From an uncultured Actinomycetes bacterium (GTDB taxonomy: Bacteria; Actinomycetota; Actinomycetes; Streptosporangiales; Streptosporangiaceae), in contig CAVSTQ010000029.1 in NCBI GenBank assembly GCA_963730825.1, forward strand, positions 3,771-67,770: 64,000 nt of DNA, in the 5' to 3' direction. The notes beneath the pieces are model-generated. The model was not told the origin of the DNA. It searched no databases and saw only the letters and a program-made list of their open reading frames with translations. The position numbers and the translations under genes were made by a program. Shown here in pieces: positions 17,772 through 30,788 of the stretch (positions are counted from its first letter, which is position 1; each line of letters opens with the position of its first letter).

Positions 17772-18659
17772 ATGGACAGGCAGCTCCGCGTGGCCGGGCT
17801 GGTGGCCGCCGTCACCGCCGCGGCGGCCTGCCTGCTGGCCGCCTGCACGGCCGGCCCGCCGGGCTCCAGCTCCGCCCCCGGTAGCCGCGCCCCATCAGCC
17901 AGCACCCCGGCCAGCACCCCGGGCGTCCCGGCGTGGCTGCTGACCCGCTCCGCGCTGTCCCAGCTCACCGTGGACAACGACGTCAGCGACCTGCTGCGGG
18001 CCGCACGCGTGTATGAGATCTTGCAGCCCGGGCAAAAGCCCCTGCCGGGAGTGGCCGCGGACCCGGTCGTGACCTTCGCCTCCGCCGCCGCGCTTGACCG
18101 GGCCGTCACCGGCGGGCAGCTGCCCGCGGGCACCTACGGAGTGCTGTACGATCCCGAAGCCTGGTCCTTCACGCCGGCCGCCGAGCAGCGTGACCCGGTC
18201 GCCGCCGCGGCCCGGGCCGCGACAGTAGCGCACGCCCACGGCCTGCGGCTCATCGTCACCCCCGCGCTCAACCTGACCAGCGTCCTGGCGCCAGGCCGCG
18301 GCTCGCGCTGGCAGGCCTTCGTCGGCCTCCAGCTGGCCGGCCAGCTCGCCCAGGTGGCCGACGCCATCGAGTTCCAGGCGCAGAGCCTGGAGCGGGACAC
18401 CGCCAGCTACGCCGCTTTCGTCCGGGCCGCGGCCGGTCAGGCCCTCGCGGCCCACCCCGGTATCGCCGTGCTGGCCGGACTGTCCACCAATCCGCCTGGC
18501 GCCCAGGTCACTGTCCAGTACCTGACCTCGGCCATCCGGGCCACCAGGTCCTTCGTCACCGGCTACTGGCTGAACATTCCCGGTCAGGGCGCGCGCTGCC
18601 CGACCTGCAACGCCCCGCGTCCCGACCTCGCGATCCAGACCCTGCAACAGCTCGGCTGA
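17772..18659 (+). CDS. lipoprotein, unknown function
   Basis: MDRQLRVAGLVAAVTAAAACLLAAC lipobox followed by a Pro/Ser-rich linker. No family recognised. Confidence 0.6.
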   Translation: MDRQLRVAGLVAAVTAAAACLLAACTAGPPGSSSAPGSRAPSASTPASTPGVPAWLLTRSALSQLTVDNDVSDLLRAARVYEILQPGQKPLPGVAADPVVTFASAAALDRAVTGGQLPAGTYGVLYDPEAWSFTPAAEQRDPVAAAARAATVAHAHGLRLIVTPALNLTSVLAPGRGSRWQAFVGLQLAGQLAQVADAIEFQAQSLERDTASYAAFVRAAAGQALAAHPGIAVLAGLSTNPPGAQVTVQYLTSAIRATRSFVTGYWLNIPGQGARCPTCNAPRPDLAIQTLQQLG

Positions 18660-18667
18660 GCCACCGG

Positions 18668-18705
18668 GTCGCGCCCGGTGCCCGCACGCGGGCACCGGGC
18701 GCGAC
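18668..18705. terminator. strong bidirectional hairpin between convergent genes
   Basis: 38-nt near-perfect palindrome GTCGCGCCCGGTGCCCGC AC GCGGGCACCGGGCGCGAC, with 18 complementary pairs. Confidence 0.65.
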
Positions 18706-18709
18706 ATGG

Positions 18710-21700
18710 TCACGGTCCGAAGACGTCCAGTTCGGAGATCTGGGCGCCGTTCTGGACGCTGTTGGCGGTGAAGGACAGCTGCACGTACTGGTCACTGGTC
18801 CCAGACGGCAGCTTGATGGTGACCGTGTTGCCGGTGGCGGGGTTGAAGGTGTAGGTGGCCGAGCCCACCAAGGTGGTGTAGCTGCTGCCGTTGGCCGAGC
18901 CGAGCACCGAGAAGGTCTGGGTCCTGGTGTTCCACGCCGAGGACGGCGGCAGGTCCACCACGATCGAGCCCAGGGCCTTGCTGGCGCCGAGGTTCACCGT
19001 GAAGGTGGTGGGCCAGGCGCCGTTGGCGCCCTCCCAGTAGGTGCTGGTGTTGCCGTCCACCGCGTTAGCCGGGACGTAGGTCTGGGTGTAGCTCGACGCG
19101 GTGACCGGAGCGTTGAGCGCCAGGTCGGGGTGCGTGCTGCCGGTTCCCCACACCTGGAACTCCGACGCCTGCGCGCCGTTCTGGACGCTGTTGGCGGTAA
19201 AGGACAGCTGCACGTACTGGTCACTGGTCCCAGACGGCAGCGGGATCGTCACCGTGTTGCCGGTGGCGGGGTTGAAGGTGTAGGTGGCCGAGCCCACCAG
19301 GGTGCTGTAGCTGCTGCCGTTGGCCGAGCCGAGCACGGAGAAGGTCTGGGTCCTGGTGTTCCACGCCGAGGACGGCGGCAGGTCCACCACCACGGAGGTC
19401 AGGGAGTCCGGGGCGCCCAGGTTCACCGTGAGGGTGGTGGGCCAGGCGCCGTTGGTGCCCTCCCAGTAGGTGCTGGTGTTCCCGTCGTTCGCGTTGGCCG
19501 GCACGTAGTTCTGGGTGTAGCTTGACGCGGAGATCGGAGCGTTCAGGGCCAGGTTGGTGCTCCCGCCGCTGCTGGTCCCTGTCCCGCTCAGGGCCACGGT
19601 GAGGGTGGGGTCGGTGGCGTTGCTCGACACCGTCACGTTCCCGCTGGCGGCGCCGGCCGTGGTGGGCGTGAACTTCACGCTCAGCGTGCAGGACGCGCCC
19701 GCCGCGATCGAGGTCCCGCAGGTGCTTGTGGCTGCGAACGGGCCGGTGGCCGAGACCGAGGACACGCTCGCGGCCGCGCTGCCGGTGTTGGTCACCGTGA
19801 CGTTCTGGGCCGCCGAGGTCGAACCCACCGCCTGGTTGCCAAAGGACAGCGAGGTGGGGGAGGCGGCCAGCGTCGCGCTGCCGCCGCCTCCGCTCGTGCC
19901 GGTGCCGGACAGGCTGACGGTGTTGGTCACCCCGCCCGCGTTGACGGTCAGGGTGCCGGTGCGGCTGCCGGCCGCGGTCGGCGTGAACTTCACGCTGACC
20001 GTGCAGGACGCCGCCCGCCGCGATCGACGATCCGCACGTGTTGGTCTGCGCGAAGTCGCCGGTAGCGGCGATCGACGAGACCGACGCGGCCGAACTGGTC
20101 GGGTTGGACACCGTCACGTTCTGCGCGCTGCTGGTTGAGCCGACCGCCACCGAGCCGAAGTTCAGCGCGCTCGGCGCGACCGTCACGCCGGAGTTGGGGT
20201 ACGGCGGGTAGACCGGGGCCGGCCAGCCGTTGCACTGGGTCGGGCTGATGCCGGAGTTGCCGCCGCCGTCGGTGATCGTGAAGCCGCTGCCCTCGCAGCT
20301 GTAGCTGGGGGCGTTGCCCGCGTTGGCCTGCGCCACCCCGGTCGCCACCACGTTGGTGGCCGAGGCCGTACCCGGGTCTTGCTCCTGCAGCGCGAAGGTG
20401 CCGGTGCCCGCGATGGTCACGTTGTTCAGGCTGACCCCGTTAACCTCGCCCTCGACCCACTGGATCGCCTCGAACGGGCTCTGCTCGATCAGCGCGTTGG
20501 TCACGTTGATCGGCCCGGTGACCGTGCCCTGGCTACCGTCGAACCACAGCGCGCCCACGCCGAACTGCCAGTTCGGGTCGAGGTCACCGTCCCGGATCAT
20601 GGTGTTGTTGGAGATCGTGGTGGTGCCGACCGGGGTGGAGGAGAAGCGCTGCCCCACCTGGATGCCGCCGCCTTGGGTGATGCCGGTGTCCACCACCAGG
20701 TTGCCGGTCACGGTGTTGTCGTGCCCGCCGTAGATGGCGATGCCGTTGGCCAGCATCTGCAGCTGCACGGTGTTGTTCGAGATCGTGTCGTTGGCGTCGG
20801 CACCGATGCCGGAGTCCGCCCAGGTCGCGATACCGTCGTCACCGGTGTTACGGATGTCGCTGTTGGTCACGGTGGAGTTCGTGACGCCGCCGTGGAAGTT
20901 GATGCCGTCCGCGGTGGTGTCCCTGATCCGCATGCCGCTGAATTTCAGGCTGTCCATCGGCCCGTCCATCCAGGCGCCGACCTTGTCGTGCTCGATCCAG
21001 ATGTTCGACACCGTCGAGTTGCTCATCGCGCCGCCGATGCCGTTGACCTGGGCGCTGTCGTCGCGTTGCTGGACGTTGCCAAAGATCGCGAAGTTCTGCA
21101 GGTGCACGTTGGTGCTCGGTGACGGCGCGGAGTTCCCGTAGAAGCCGGGCGCCGTGCCGGTAACGGTCGAGTACCACATCCCGGCGCCGGCCACCGTCAC
21201 GTTGTTGACGCTGATGTGACCAGGGATGTTGTAGGTGCCCGACGGGATCCACACCGTTCCGCCCGGGCCGGCCGCCGTGATCGCGGCGTTGAACGCGCTG
21301 GTGGAGTCGTTCACGCCGGTCGGGTCGGCGCCCTCGCTTGTCACCGAGACCGAGCCGGACGGCTGCGTGAGCGGCGCGGCCACCTGCTCGAAGTCGGCGA
21401 AGTCGATCGTGTAGTCCGGCGCGGTGTCTTCGGAGTCCACCTGCAGCTTGAACGTGGTCCCGGCCGGATAGGACGTCGAGAACAGCCGGTGCACCTCGTC
21501 GTAGAAGTGGTGCGGGTTGCCGCTGCCCGGCGTGTTGGTGAACGGATAGCTGCCGTAGTACCAGCTGTAGGCGTTGGTCAGGGTGAAGTCGGTCTGCTTG
21601 GTGCCGTTGACGTACAGCGAGAGCGGAGCGGTGTAGACCGACCCGTCCGAGCTGTCCGGGATGCTGTAGCGGAAGTCGATCGAGTTGGTCGCCACCGGCG

Positions 21701-21983
21701 TGGTGAAGGTGACGTACTTGCCCGTGCCCTGCAGGGTCACGGCCTTACGGGCGGACGCCTCGTCGGCCAGCTGGCCCTGGGTGTAGCTCGGGCCGATGAC
21801 CGTCCCGTTGGTGGCGGAGTTCTCCGCCTGCACTTCGACGTACGGCAGGCTCGCGCCGCTACCACCGGTGGCAGCGGCCGAGGCCGGCGTCGCTGCCACG
21901 GCGGCGACGCCCGCGACCGCCAGCGACGTGGCGCCGACGGCCAAGGCGAGCGTCCGCCTCACAGCTCGGATGGACTGGAACAC
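18710..21983 (-). CDS. secreted modular right-handed beta-helix glycoside hydrolase (alpha-1,3-glucanase/mycodextranase-like), one frame break
   Basis: Domain order: signal peptide; CBM-like N-domain (YVEVQAENSATNGTVIG); pectate-lyase-fold region (GADPTGVNDSTSAFNAAITAAGPGGTVWIPSGTYNI and NxT-rich coils); two choice-of-anchor-D-like Ig domains; two F5/8-type-C (CBM32-like) domains. One-base indel near 20008. Confidence 0.7.
18713..19550 (-). repeat. tandem duplication of about 420 bp encoding two near-identical discoidin/CBM32-like domains
   Basis: The two protein copies differ at few positions (LNAP.SASSYTQ.YVPANA.DGNTSTYWEG.NGAWPTT...QYVQLSFTANSVQNGAQ). Long identical DNA strings occur in both copies, for example gtactggtcactggtcccagacggcag. 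Confidence 0.8.
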
Positions 21984-22112
21984 CTATTGCTCCTTTGCCG
22001 ATGGCCGGATCTCCTCCGGCGGGTCCCGCGGGCCGGTGTGGCTAGTTGGAGGGGAACGGTGCGTTGCGGGACGGTGTACAAGCGACGGTAACCTTCTCGA
22101 CATAAGGTTGCA

Positions 22113-22128
22113 ATATCTGAACAGATAT
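22113..22128. promoter_or_regulatory. 16-bp palindrome ATATCTG-AA-CAGATAT upstream of the glycoside hydrolase gene
   Basis: Perfect 7-bp arms in an AT-rich stretch about 130 nt upstream of the minus-strand start at 21983. Confidence 0.4.
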
Positions 22129-22617
22129 AAGGTCGATTCATACTTAAGCACGCAAGATACAAGGCGATCTCGTCAGCCAGTCGTATCGGCGCTTTCCCCT
22201 GGTGACGTTGGCAGCCACCCGCCCCACCGGCCAGGGGTCGTTAAGACGATTGACGCAGGGCTGATTCCGCCCGGGATCCGCGCGCGTGGTGCAGCGGGGA
22301 CGATCGGCCAGCACGGTGCCCCCCCGGCGCGTCAGCCGCTCGATGACCGGCTAGTGCTCGCCGGGGCGGCCTAGATACCCACGATATGTCTACGATTTTG
22401 TTTGCTATAACACCTAAATCGTAAACACATACATGTGCCCGCACCTCTGGAGGAGAAAAAGGGAACACAGTAGCGCTCCCTAGTCTCGAATTATGCCCGG
22501 CGTGTTGCCTGAAAAGGGTATATGAGCTGCGGAAACGCCGTATCGGTCGCGACCAGGTAGCCCTTGGGCGTCCCCCAAGTTCCTCCTCAACGGACGACCC
22601 TCCCTGGTCTCCGCGAT

Positions 22618-22673
22618 ATGCATGGTTGTCGCAACCTATACAAAAGAATGTGTAGGTTGCCGCAACCATGCAT
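22618..22673. repeat. long imperfect inverted repeat (24-nt arms, 8-nt loop)
   Basis: ATGCATGGTTGTCGCAACCTATAC-aaaagaat-GTGTAGGTTGCCGCAACCATGCAT, with 21 of 24 positions complementary. Each arm also contains the internal palindrome GGTTG..CAACC. Confidence 0.85.
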
Positions 22674-22878
22674 AACGTCCAGGCGTCAGAGTGACGAAAG
22701 GTGCCTGCCGTGCCGGAAGGGGCGTCCAGGATCCCCCCGGCGCGCTAACCCGACGTTACCGGCCACCATGATACGCCCGCCAAGCGGTCGCTGATCAGCT
22801 ACGACAACTGAACCCATAAGGAATCAATCATCTAGAGGGCGAAAAACCCGCAAACCGGGCACCCGTCCCCAGCGTTGG

Positions 22879-23172
22879 CTACCCCAGGCTGGCTAGGCCC
22901 TGCAGGTCGACACAGGTGATGCCGCGGATCTGGACGAAGACCATCAGCACGCTGTCGCAGCCGCGGCAGCGGACCACCGGGCCCAGCGGGTGCCGGTAAA
23001 CGGCTAGCTCGGCCACCTGGCGGGTTGAGCCGCACGAAGCGCAGACACTCGACGCCGTGGTCATCTCCGTCCCGAACACCTCGATCAGCAGCCCCCCGAT
23101 CGCACTGCCGTCCACAGCACGGCCATCCACAGCGCCGCCAGTCACAGCGCCGTCGTCCACTGGCTCCATCAT
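22879..23172 (-). CDS. small CxxC...CxxC zinc-ribbon protein (DUF6510-like)
   Basis: CASCGSTRQVAELAVYRHPLGPVVRCRGCDSVLMV. The start overlaps the upstream reductase stop by 4 nt. Confidence 0.6.
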   Translation of the reverse strand: MMEPVDDGAVTGGAVDGRAVDGSAIGGLLIEVFGTEMTTASSVCASCGSTRQVAELAVYRHPLGPVVRCRGCDSVLMVFVQIRGITCVDLQGLASLG

Positions 23173-23909
23173 GCCTCCGTCGCGCCGAACCGCTCGGTCC
23201 TAACCCGCACCGGCGGATAGCCAAGCCGGACCAGCCCGGCCGCCACCGACTCCACGAAACTCGTCGGCCCGCAGACGTACGCCAGCGGTTTGTCCGCCGC
23301 CGGCCAGGCCACCTCGGCCAGCATCTCGTCGTCCACCCGCCGCGCGTAGCCGGTCCACCCGGCCGGCTGCGTCCTGGTCAGCGTGTAGCTCACCCGCACG
23401 TCATCGGAGTAGCCGTCCAGCTCATCCCGGTAGATCACGTCCGCCAGCGCCCGCGCGGAGTACAGCAACCGCACGGGGACGGAGCGGCCGGCCCGCAAAC
23501 GGTGCCGCAGGATGGACCGCAGCGGCACGATCCCCGAGCCGCCGGCGGCCAGCAGCAGCGGTCCGCCAAACGCCGGCTCCCAGACGAAGTAGCCGCCGAC
23601 CGGCCCGCGCACCTCACACTGGTCCCCGGGACGCGCCTCCTGCGCCAGGTAGCCGGAGACCTCCCCGTCCGCCAGCCGCTGCACCGTGATCGCGAGCGGC
23701 TCGCCGGGCGCCGAGGCGATCGAGTAGGCCCGCTCGGCCACGTACCCGTCCTCGGCGGTGAGCCTGACGTCGACGTGCTGCCCGGCCCGGTGCCCCGGCC
23801 AGCCGGCCACGTCCAGCGACAGGGTCCTGGCCGTAGGCGTCTCCTGCACCACCGCGCCGACCGTGGCCAGGCGCCAGGTCAGTCGCCCGCGTACCGCTGT
23901 TCCCGCCAT
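23169..23909 (-). CDS. ferredoxin-NADP reductase-like FAD/NAD-binding oxidoreductase
   Basis: RAYSIAS FAD motif and LLAAGGSGIVPL NAD motif, 246 aa. Confidence 0.85.
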   Translation of the reverse strand: MAGTAVRGRLTWRLATVGAVVQETPTARTLSLDVAGWPGHRAGQHVDVRLTAEDGYVAERAYSIASAPGEPLAITVQRLADGEVSGYLAQEARPGDQCEVRGPVGGYFVWEPAFGGPLLLAAGGSGIVPLRSILRHRLRAGRSVPVRLLYSARALADVIYRDELDGYSDDVRVSYTLTRTQPAGWTGYARRVDDEMLAEVAWPAADKPLAYVCGPTSFVESVAAGLVRLGYPPVRVRTERFGATEA

Positions 23910-24477
23910 GGGTCTCCGTAGAGTTGTAGCCGTAGTTTTCCCAGAAACCGGGCTCGTCGGTGTCGCGGAGCCGCAGCCCGCGCACCCATTTGGCGCTCTT
24001 CCAGAAGTACAGGTGCGGGACGAGCAGCCGGGCCGGGCCGCCGTGCTCGGGCCCGAGCGGCGCGCCGCCGTAGCCGAACGCCACCCAGGCCCGCCCGCCG
24101 GTCAGGTCGGCCACCGGCAGGTTCGTCGTGTACCCCCCGTCGCAGAACGCGAGCACGTACGGCGCGTCAAAGGCCACCGCCCCCAGCAGCACGTCGAGCG
24201 ATACGCCCTGCCAGGTCGTGTCCAGCTTGGACCAGCGGGTCACGCAGTGGATGTCCGCGGTCAGCGACTCGGCGGGCAGCGCGCGGAACTCCGGCCAGGT
24301 CCAGCTTTTCGGCTCGCGGCCGCCGGTGATCGAGAACGTCCAGTTCGCCAGGGCCGTGCGCGGGGTCGGGCCGGCCGACAGGACGGGGAAGTCGCGGGTC
24401 ACGTACTGACCGGGCGGCACCCGGCTGGCGTCGGCCGCGGCTCGCTTGCGACCGAAGCCGCGGGTAACAGGGCTCAC
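23879..24477 (-). CDS. sulfite-oxidase-like molybdopterin oxidoreductase, C-terminal frame break
   Basis: LTADIHCVTRWSKLDTTWQGV and ARLLVPHLYFWKSAKWV motifs. The conserved tail YGDPWREQRYAGD-stop is reached only after a one-base shift near 23920. Confidence 0.8.
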
Positions 24478-24486
24478 CGCAGCAGG

Positions 24487-25800
24487 TTACGCCGTCACGA
24501 GCAGGTACACGTTGAGCGCGATGATCACGATTGTGACCAGCGCGGCGGCGCCCATCGTCAGGCGCCGGTTCACCAGCGGTCCCATCAGCTGCTTGCTGCT
24601 GGTGAAGAACCACAGCGGGACCAGCGCGAACGGGATGCCAAAGGACAGGAAGACCTGGGACAGGACCAGCGCCCGGGTGGGGTTGAAGCCCACGCCGATC
24701 ACCACCAGGGCCGGGATCATGGTGATGGCGCGGCGGGCGAACACCGGGATCTGCCGCTCGATGAAGCCCTGCATCACCAGCTGGCCGGACATGGTGCCCA
24801 CACACGAGGACGCGATCCCCGACGCCAGCAGGGCCAGCCCGAAAAACGTCCCGCTGTGCGCGCCCAGGTAGTGGTTCAGGCCCGCGAAGACCTGGCCCAT
24901 GTCGTTGCCGACGCCGAACATGCCACGCGCGTGGAAGACGGCGGCCGCGGTGGCCAGCATGGCCAGGTTGATGACCCCGGCGGTGCCCATCGCGATCGTG
25001 ATGTCGATGATCTCGAAGCGGAAGATCTTACGCCTGGCGGCCGCGTTCGCGCCGACGATGCGGTTCTGGGTGAGCGAGGAGTGCAGGTAGATCACGTGCG
25101 GCATCACGGTCGCGCCGACGATGCTGACCGCGAGCAGGGCCGAGCCGCCGCCGGCCAGCTGGGGCACGAACAAGCCGTGCGCCACCCCGCTCACCGACGG
25201 GCGGCTTTTGCCAAGATCGAGTCCGAACGCCAGCACGATCACCGCCACGAACCCGGTGATCGTCGCCTCCAGCCGGCGGAACCCCCAGACCTGCAGGCCC
25301 AAGATGGTAAACGCGGCCAGCCCGGTCAAGATCGCGGAGACCCACAGCGCCAGCCCGAAGACCAGGTGCAGGCCCAGGGCGGCGCCGACGAACTCGGCCA
25401 CGTCGGTGGCCATCGCCACCGCCTCGGCCTGCAGCCAGAGCAGCACCACGACCCGGAAGGGAAACCGGTCCCGGCAGACCTCGGGCAGGCTCCGCCCGGT
25501 GGCGATGCCAAGCTTGGCGCTCATGGTCTGGACACCCATCGCCATCAGGTTCGCCGCCAGCACCACCCACAGCAGCATGTAGCCGAACTGGGACCCGCCC
25601 GCCATGTTGGTGGCGAAGTTACCCGGATCGACGTAGGCGACGGCGGCGATAAACGCGGGGCCCAGGAACGGCAGTACCGCCCGGACCCCGCGTCTTTCCC
25701 CGGACAGGGCCCGCTCGGCCGCGTCCGTGACCCGGCTTTCGCCGGGAATGGCGTCGTTTCCGACGACCACGTGCCGGGCGAGTGGCACCGTGTCAGCCAA
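24487..25800 (-). CDS. mntH: NRAMP-family divalent metal (Mn/Fe) transporter
   Basis: Intact 437 aa with VAYVDPGNFATN and the multi-TM pattern typical of MntH. Confidence 0.9.
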   Translation of the reverse strand: MADTVPLARHVVVGNDAIPGESRVTDAAERALSGERRGVRAVLPFLGPAFIAAVAYVDPGNFATNMAGGSQFGYMLLWVVLAANLMAMGVQTMSAKLGIATGRSLPEVCRDRFPFRVVVLLWLQAEAVAMATDVAEFVGAALGLHLVFGLALWVSAILTGLAAFTILGLQVWGFRRLEATITGFVAVIVLAFGLDLGKSRPSVSGVAHGLFVPQLAGGGSALLAVSIVGATVMPHVIYLHSSLTQNRIVGANAAARRKIFRFEIIDITIAMGTAGVINLAMLATAAAVFHARGMFGVGNDMGQVFAGLNHYLGAHSGTFFGLALLASGIASSCVGTMSGQLVMQGFIERQIPVFARRAITMIPALVVIGVGFNPTRALVLSQVFLSFGIPFALVPLWFFTSSKQLMGPLVNRRLTMGAAALVTIVIIALNVYLLVTA

Positions 25801-25814
25801 CGGATGACCCAGGA

Positions 25815-28546
<2,732 letters not shown>

Positions 28547-28574
28547 TGGTCCTCCTCGACCTGCTTCCTCATCA

Positions 28575-29338
28575 CTAAGAGCCCGAGTCCTCGGCGAGGA
28601 CGGTCTCTCCTTGTCCCTCGGTGTTGTTATACCGGTGCCGCAGCATGCCGCGGCAGATCCCGGAGTTCGCCTCGATGCTGACCCGGGTGACCTGCGCCTT
28701 GCGCAGGTGCAGCGGGAGCGCGTCCGGCCGGACCGGCTCGCCGGTCACCGGGTCGATGACCAGCCGGGCGTCGTCGCCGGCCGGCAGGCCCAGGTCGGCC
28801 CGGCGCTGCCGCAGCCGCTCCAGAGCGCGAGAAGGCGGCACCTCGCCGAGGGTCATCGCGAGCAGTGCCGCCTGGTCCGTGCCCGCCGCGAGCAGCGGCC
28901 TGCACACCTGATCAGTGCCTGCCATCACCGCCTTGCGCAAGAAGCCGGCCCGGAGATCATGCAGCTCACTGACGGCTTCGCCGTCAAAGGACCGAACGAA
29001 CCCGGCCTGGGCGGCCACGCCGCCGTTGATCGCGTCGGAGGCGAAATGGTCTTCCAGGACCACTTCGGCGCGGCGTACCCCCGGCAGCGCCGACACCACG
29101 TCGTAGGCGTCGGCCACCATCAGGTAGGCGAAGTTGGGCGCGCAGAAATACGTAGGCAGCCGCAGCCGGACCTGGGCGTCTCCATCACTGGAGACGGTGC
29201 ACGAAGCGACGAAGCCGAGCGAGGTAATCGGCTCGTCGAGCTCGGGATCGCGCACCGTCTCCAGCGCCCGGAGCAGCCCCGGGGGCCTGCGCGGCCCCCG
29301 GGGCAGTGCCGAGCAGATTCGGCTGTTACCGGGCTCAC
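28575..29338 (-). CDS. DUF59 (MIP18/Fe-S assembly)-like protein, frame-broken near the N-terminus
   Basis: LETVRDPELDEPITSLGFV...LPTYFCAPNFAYLM. The GTG at 29338 overlaps the amidohydrolase stop (GTGA) but is in a different frame from the body, with the switch near 29290-29310. Confidence 0.6.
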
Positions 29339-30406
29339 GCCCCCGCGACCGGCTGCGAGCGGTCGTCGACCAGCTGCGCGTCGTCCTGGGCGGCCGGGGC
29401 GGCCTCGTCCTTCAGCTGGTACTCGGCGGGCACGTCGATGCCGTAGAGCTTGGCCGCGTTCAGGCCGAGGATCTTCTTCTTACCCGCGGTGCCGAGCTTG
29501 GGGTAGTCCGAGAACTCTTCGCGGTCCGGCATCGTCCAGTCCACGAAGCCCTCGATCTGCCACTTCGGCTCCCAGATGCCGTAGTCGCTGCCAAAGGTCA
29601 TCTTGTCCTCACCGACCCAGAACAGCAGCTCGCCGATGACCTTGGCGAAGAACTGCGGCCGCGCGTGCATCAGGCCGCCGATCACCACGGACAGGCCGGC
29701 GTAGACGTTCGGCTCCTGGGTGGCCATGAAGCAGAAGTCTTCGATCCGCGGCAGGCCGACGTGCTCGACGATGAAGTTAAGGTCGGGGAAGTCGGTCGCG
29801 GCGTGGTCCACGTCGGCGACGTCGAAGGCGTCCTTGTCCAGCGGCCAGATGGTCGGGCCCTTGTGCACGTGGACGTTCTTGATGCCCCACTCCTGGGCCT
29901 TCTCCAGGAACCGGTAGCGGCCGGGGTCGCTCAGCTTGTACCCGCGCGAGCCGTTGTTCCACTCGGCCGTGTACAGCTTGAGTCCCTTGGAGCCGTACGT
30001 GTCGATGTTCCGCTTGAGCTGGGCCAGGCCCTCGTCGCCGTCGCGGGGGTCGAACCGGGTGTTGTAGATGAACTTGCCCGGGTGCCTGCTTGCCCATCTC
30101 GGCGTTCTTCTCGGTGGTGTTGAAGCCTTCGTTGTACCACTCCTTCAGGTACGTCGGCTGGAAGATGGCCACGTCCACGTACCCGTCCTCAAAGACGTCC
30201 TTCATCAGGTCGTCCTCTGAGTACTGCTGGAAGTGCTCGATCGACCAGTGCGTCTCCGGCGGGCCTAGGCCCTGGTAGGCGTGGAAGCATTCGATCCAGC
30301 CCTTGGCGTACTGCTCGGCGCCGGGCACCCAGTTGTCCGGGGCAGCGTTCCAGTAGTGCATATGCGAGTCGACGATGAAGTACTTCTCGCCGTTCTTCTC
30401 GTACAA
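29335..30406 (-). CDS. amidohydrolase-family (metal-dependent TIM-barrel) protein, frame-broken
   Basis: FIVDSHMHYW start region (TTG start 30406) and C-terminal FGSDYGIWEP part, with the switch near 30088. Confidence 0.75.
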
Positions 30407-30419
30407 AGCGTCTCCTCAG

Positions 30420-30788
30420 TTACCGGGCGGTCAGGTCGAAGTCGAGGTACTCGGCCGCGTCCTCTGGGTTGGCGAACATGATCGTCCGGTCGTCCAGGTG
30501 GATCATGCGGCCGTAGTGGGTCGACATGTTCTCCTCGAACTGCGCGGCGTCGAACCAGCCGGGCTCCTCGCCGAGCGCTTCGGAGATCTCGTCGTAGTCG
30601 AAGTCCATCCGGCCGGTCGCGTCGACCCGGATCATCGACGGCAGCACCATCGTCTTCACGTTCGGCTTTTCCGACATGACCTTGGCCATGACCGCGCCGA
30701 CCTGGTTGTTCATCAGGGTGACGCCGCACATGTTGGAAGCCGTGTTGTTGGACTTGTACGGGCTCTCTGAGGTCTTGAAGGTGGTCAC
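30420..30788 (-). CDS. mimD: monooxygenase coupling/effector protein (MmoB/DmpM family)
   Basis: 122 aa. GTG start overlaps the beta-subunit stop (GTGA). Size and position match the fourth gene of mim/prm operons. Confidence 0.8.
   Translation of the reverse strand: MTTFKTSESPYKSNNTASNMCGVTLMNNQVGAVMAKVMSEKPNVKTMVLPSMIRVDATGRMDFDYDEISEALGEEPGWFDAAQFEENMSTHYGRMIHLDDRTIMFANPEDAAEYLDFDLTAR

Noticed and set aside
21796-22794. ORFs in the AT-rich spacer: 21796-22374 (+), 21959-22162 (-), 22241-22669 (-), 22564-22794 (+).
   Set aside because: No recognisable motifs, atypical composition for this genome's genes, and they overlap each other. Judged non-coding, though an indel-disrupted gene cannot be fully excluded.
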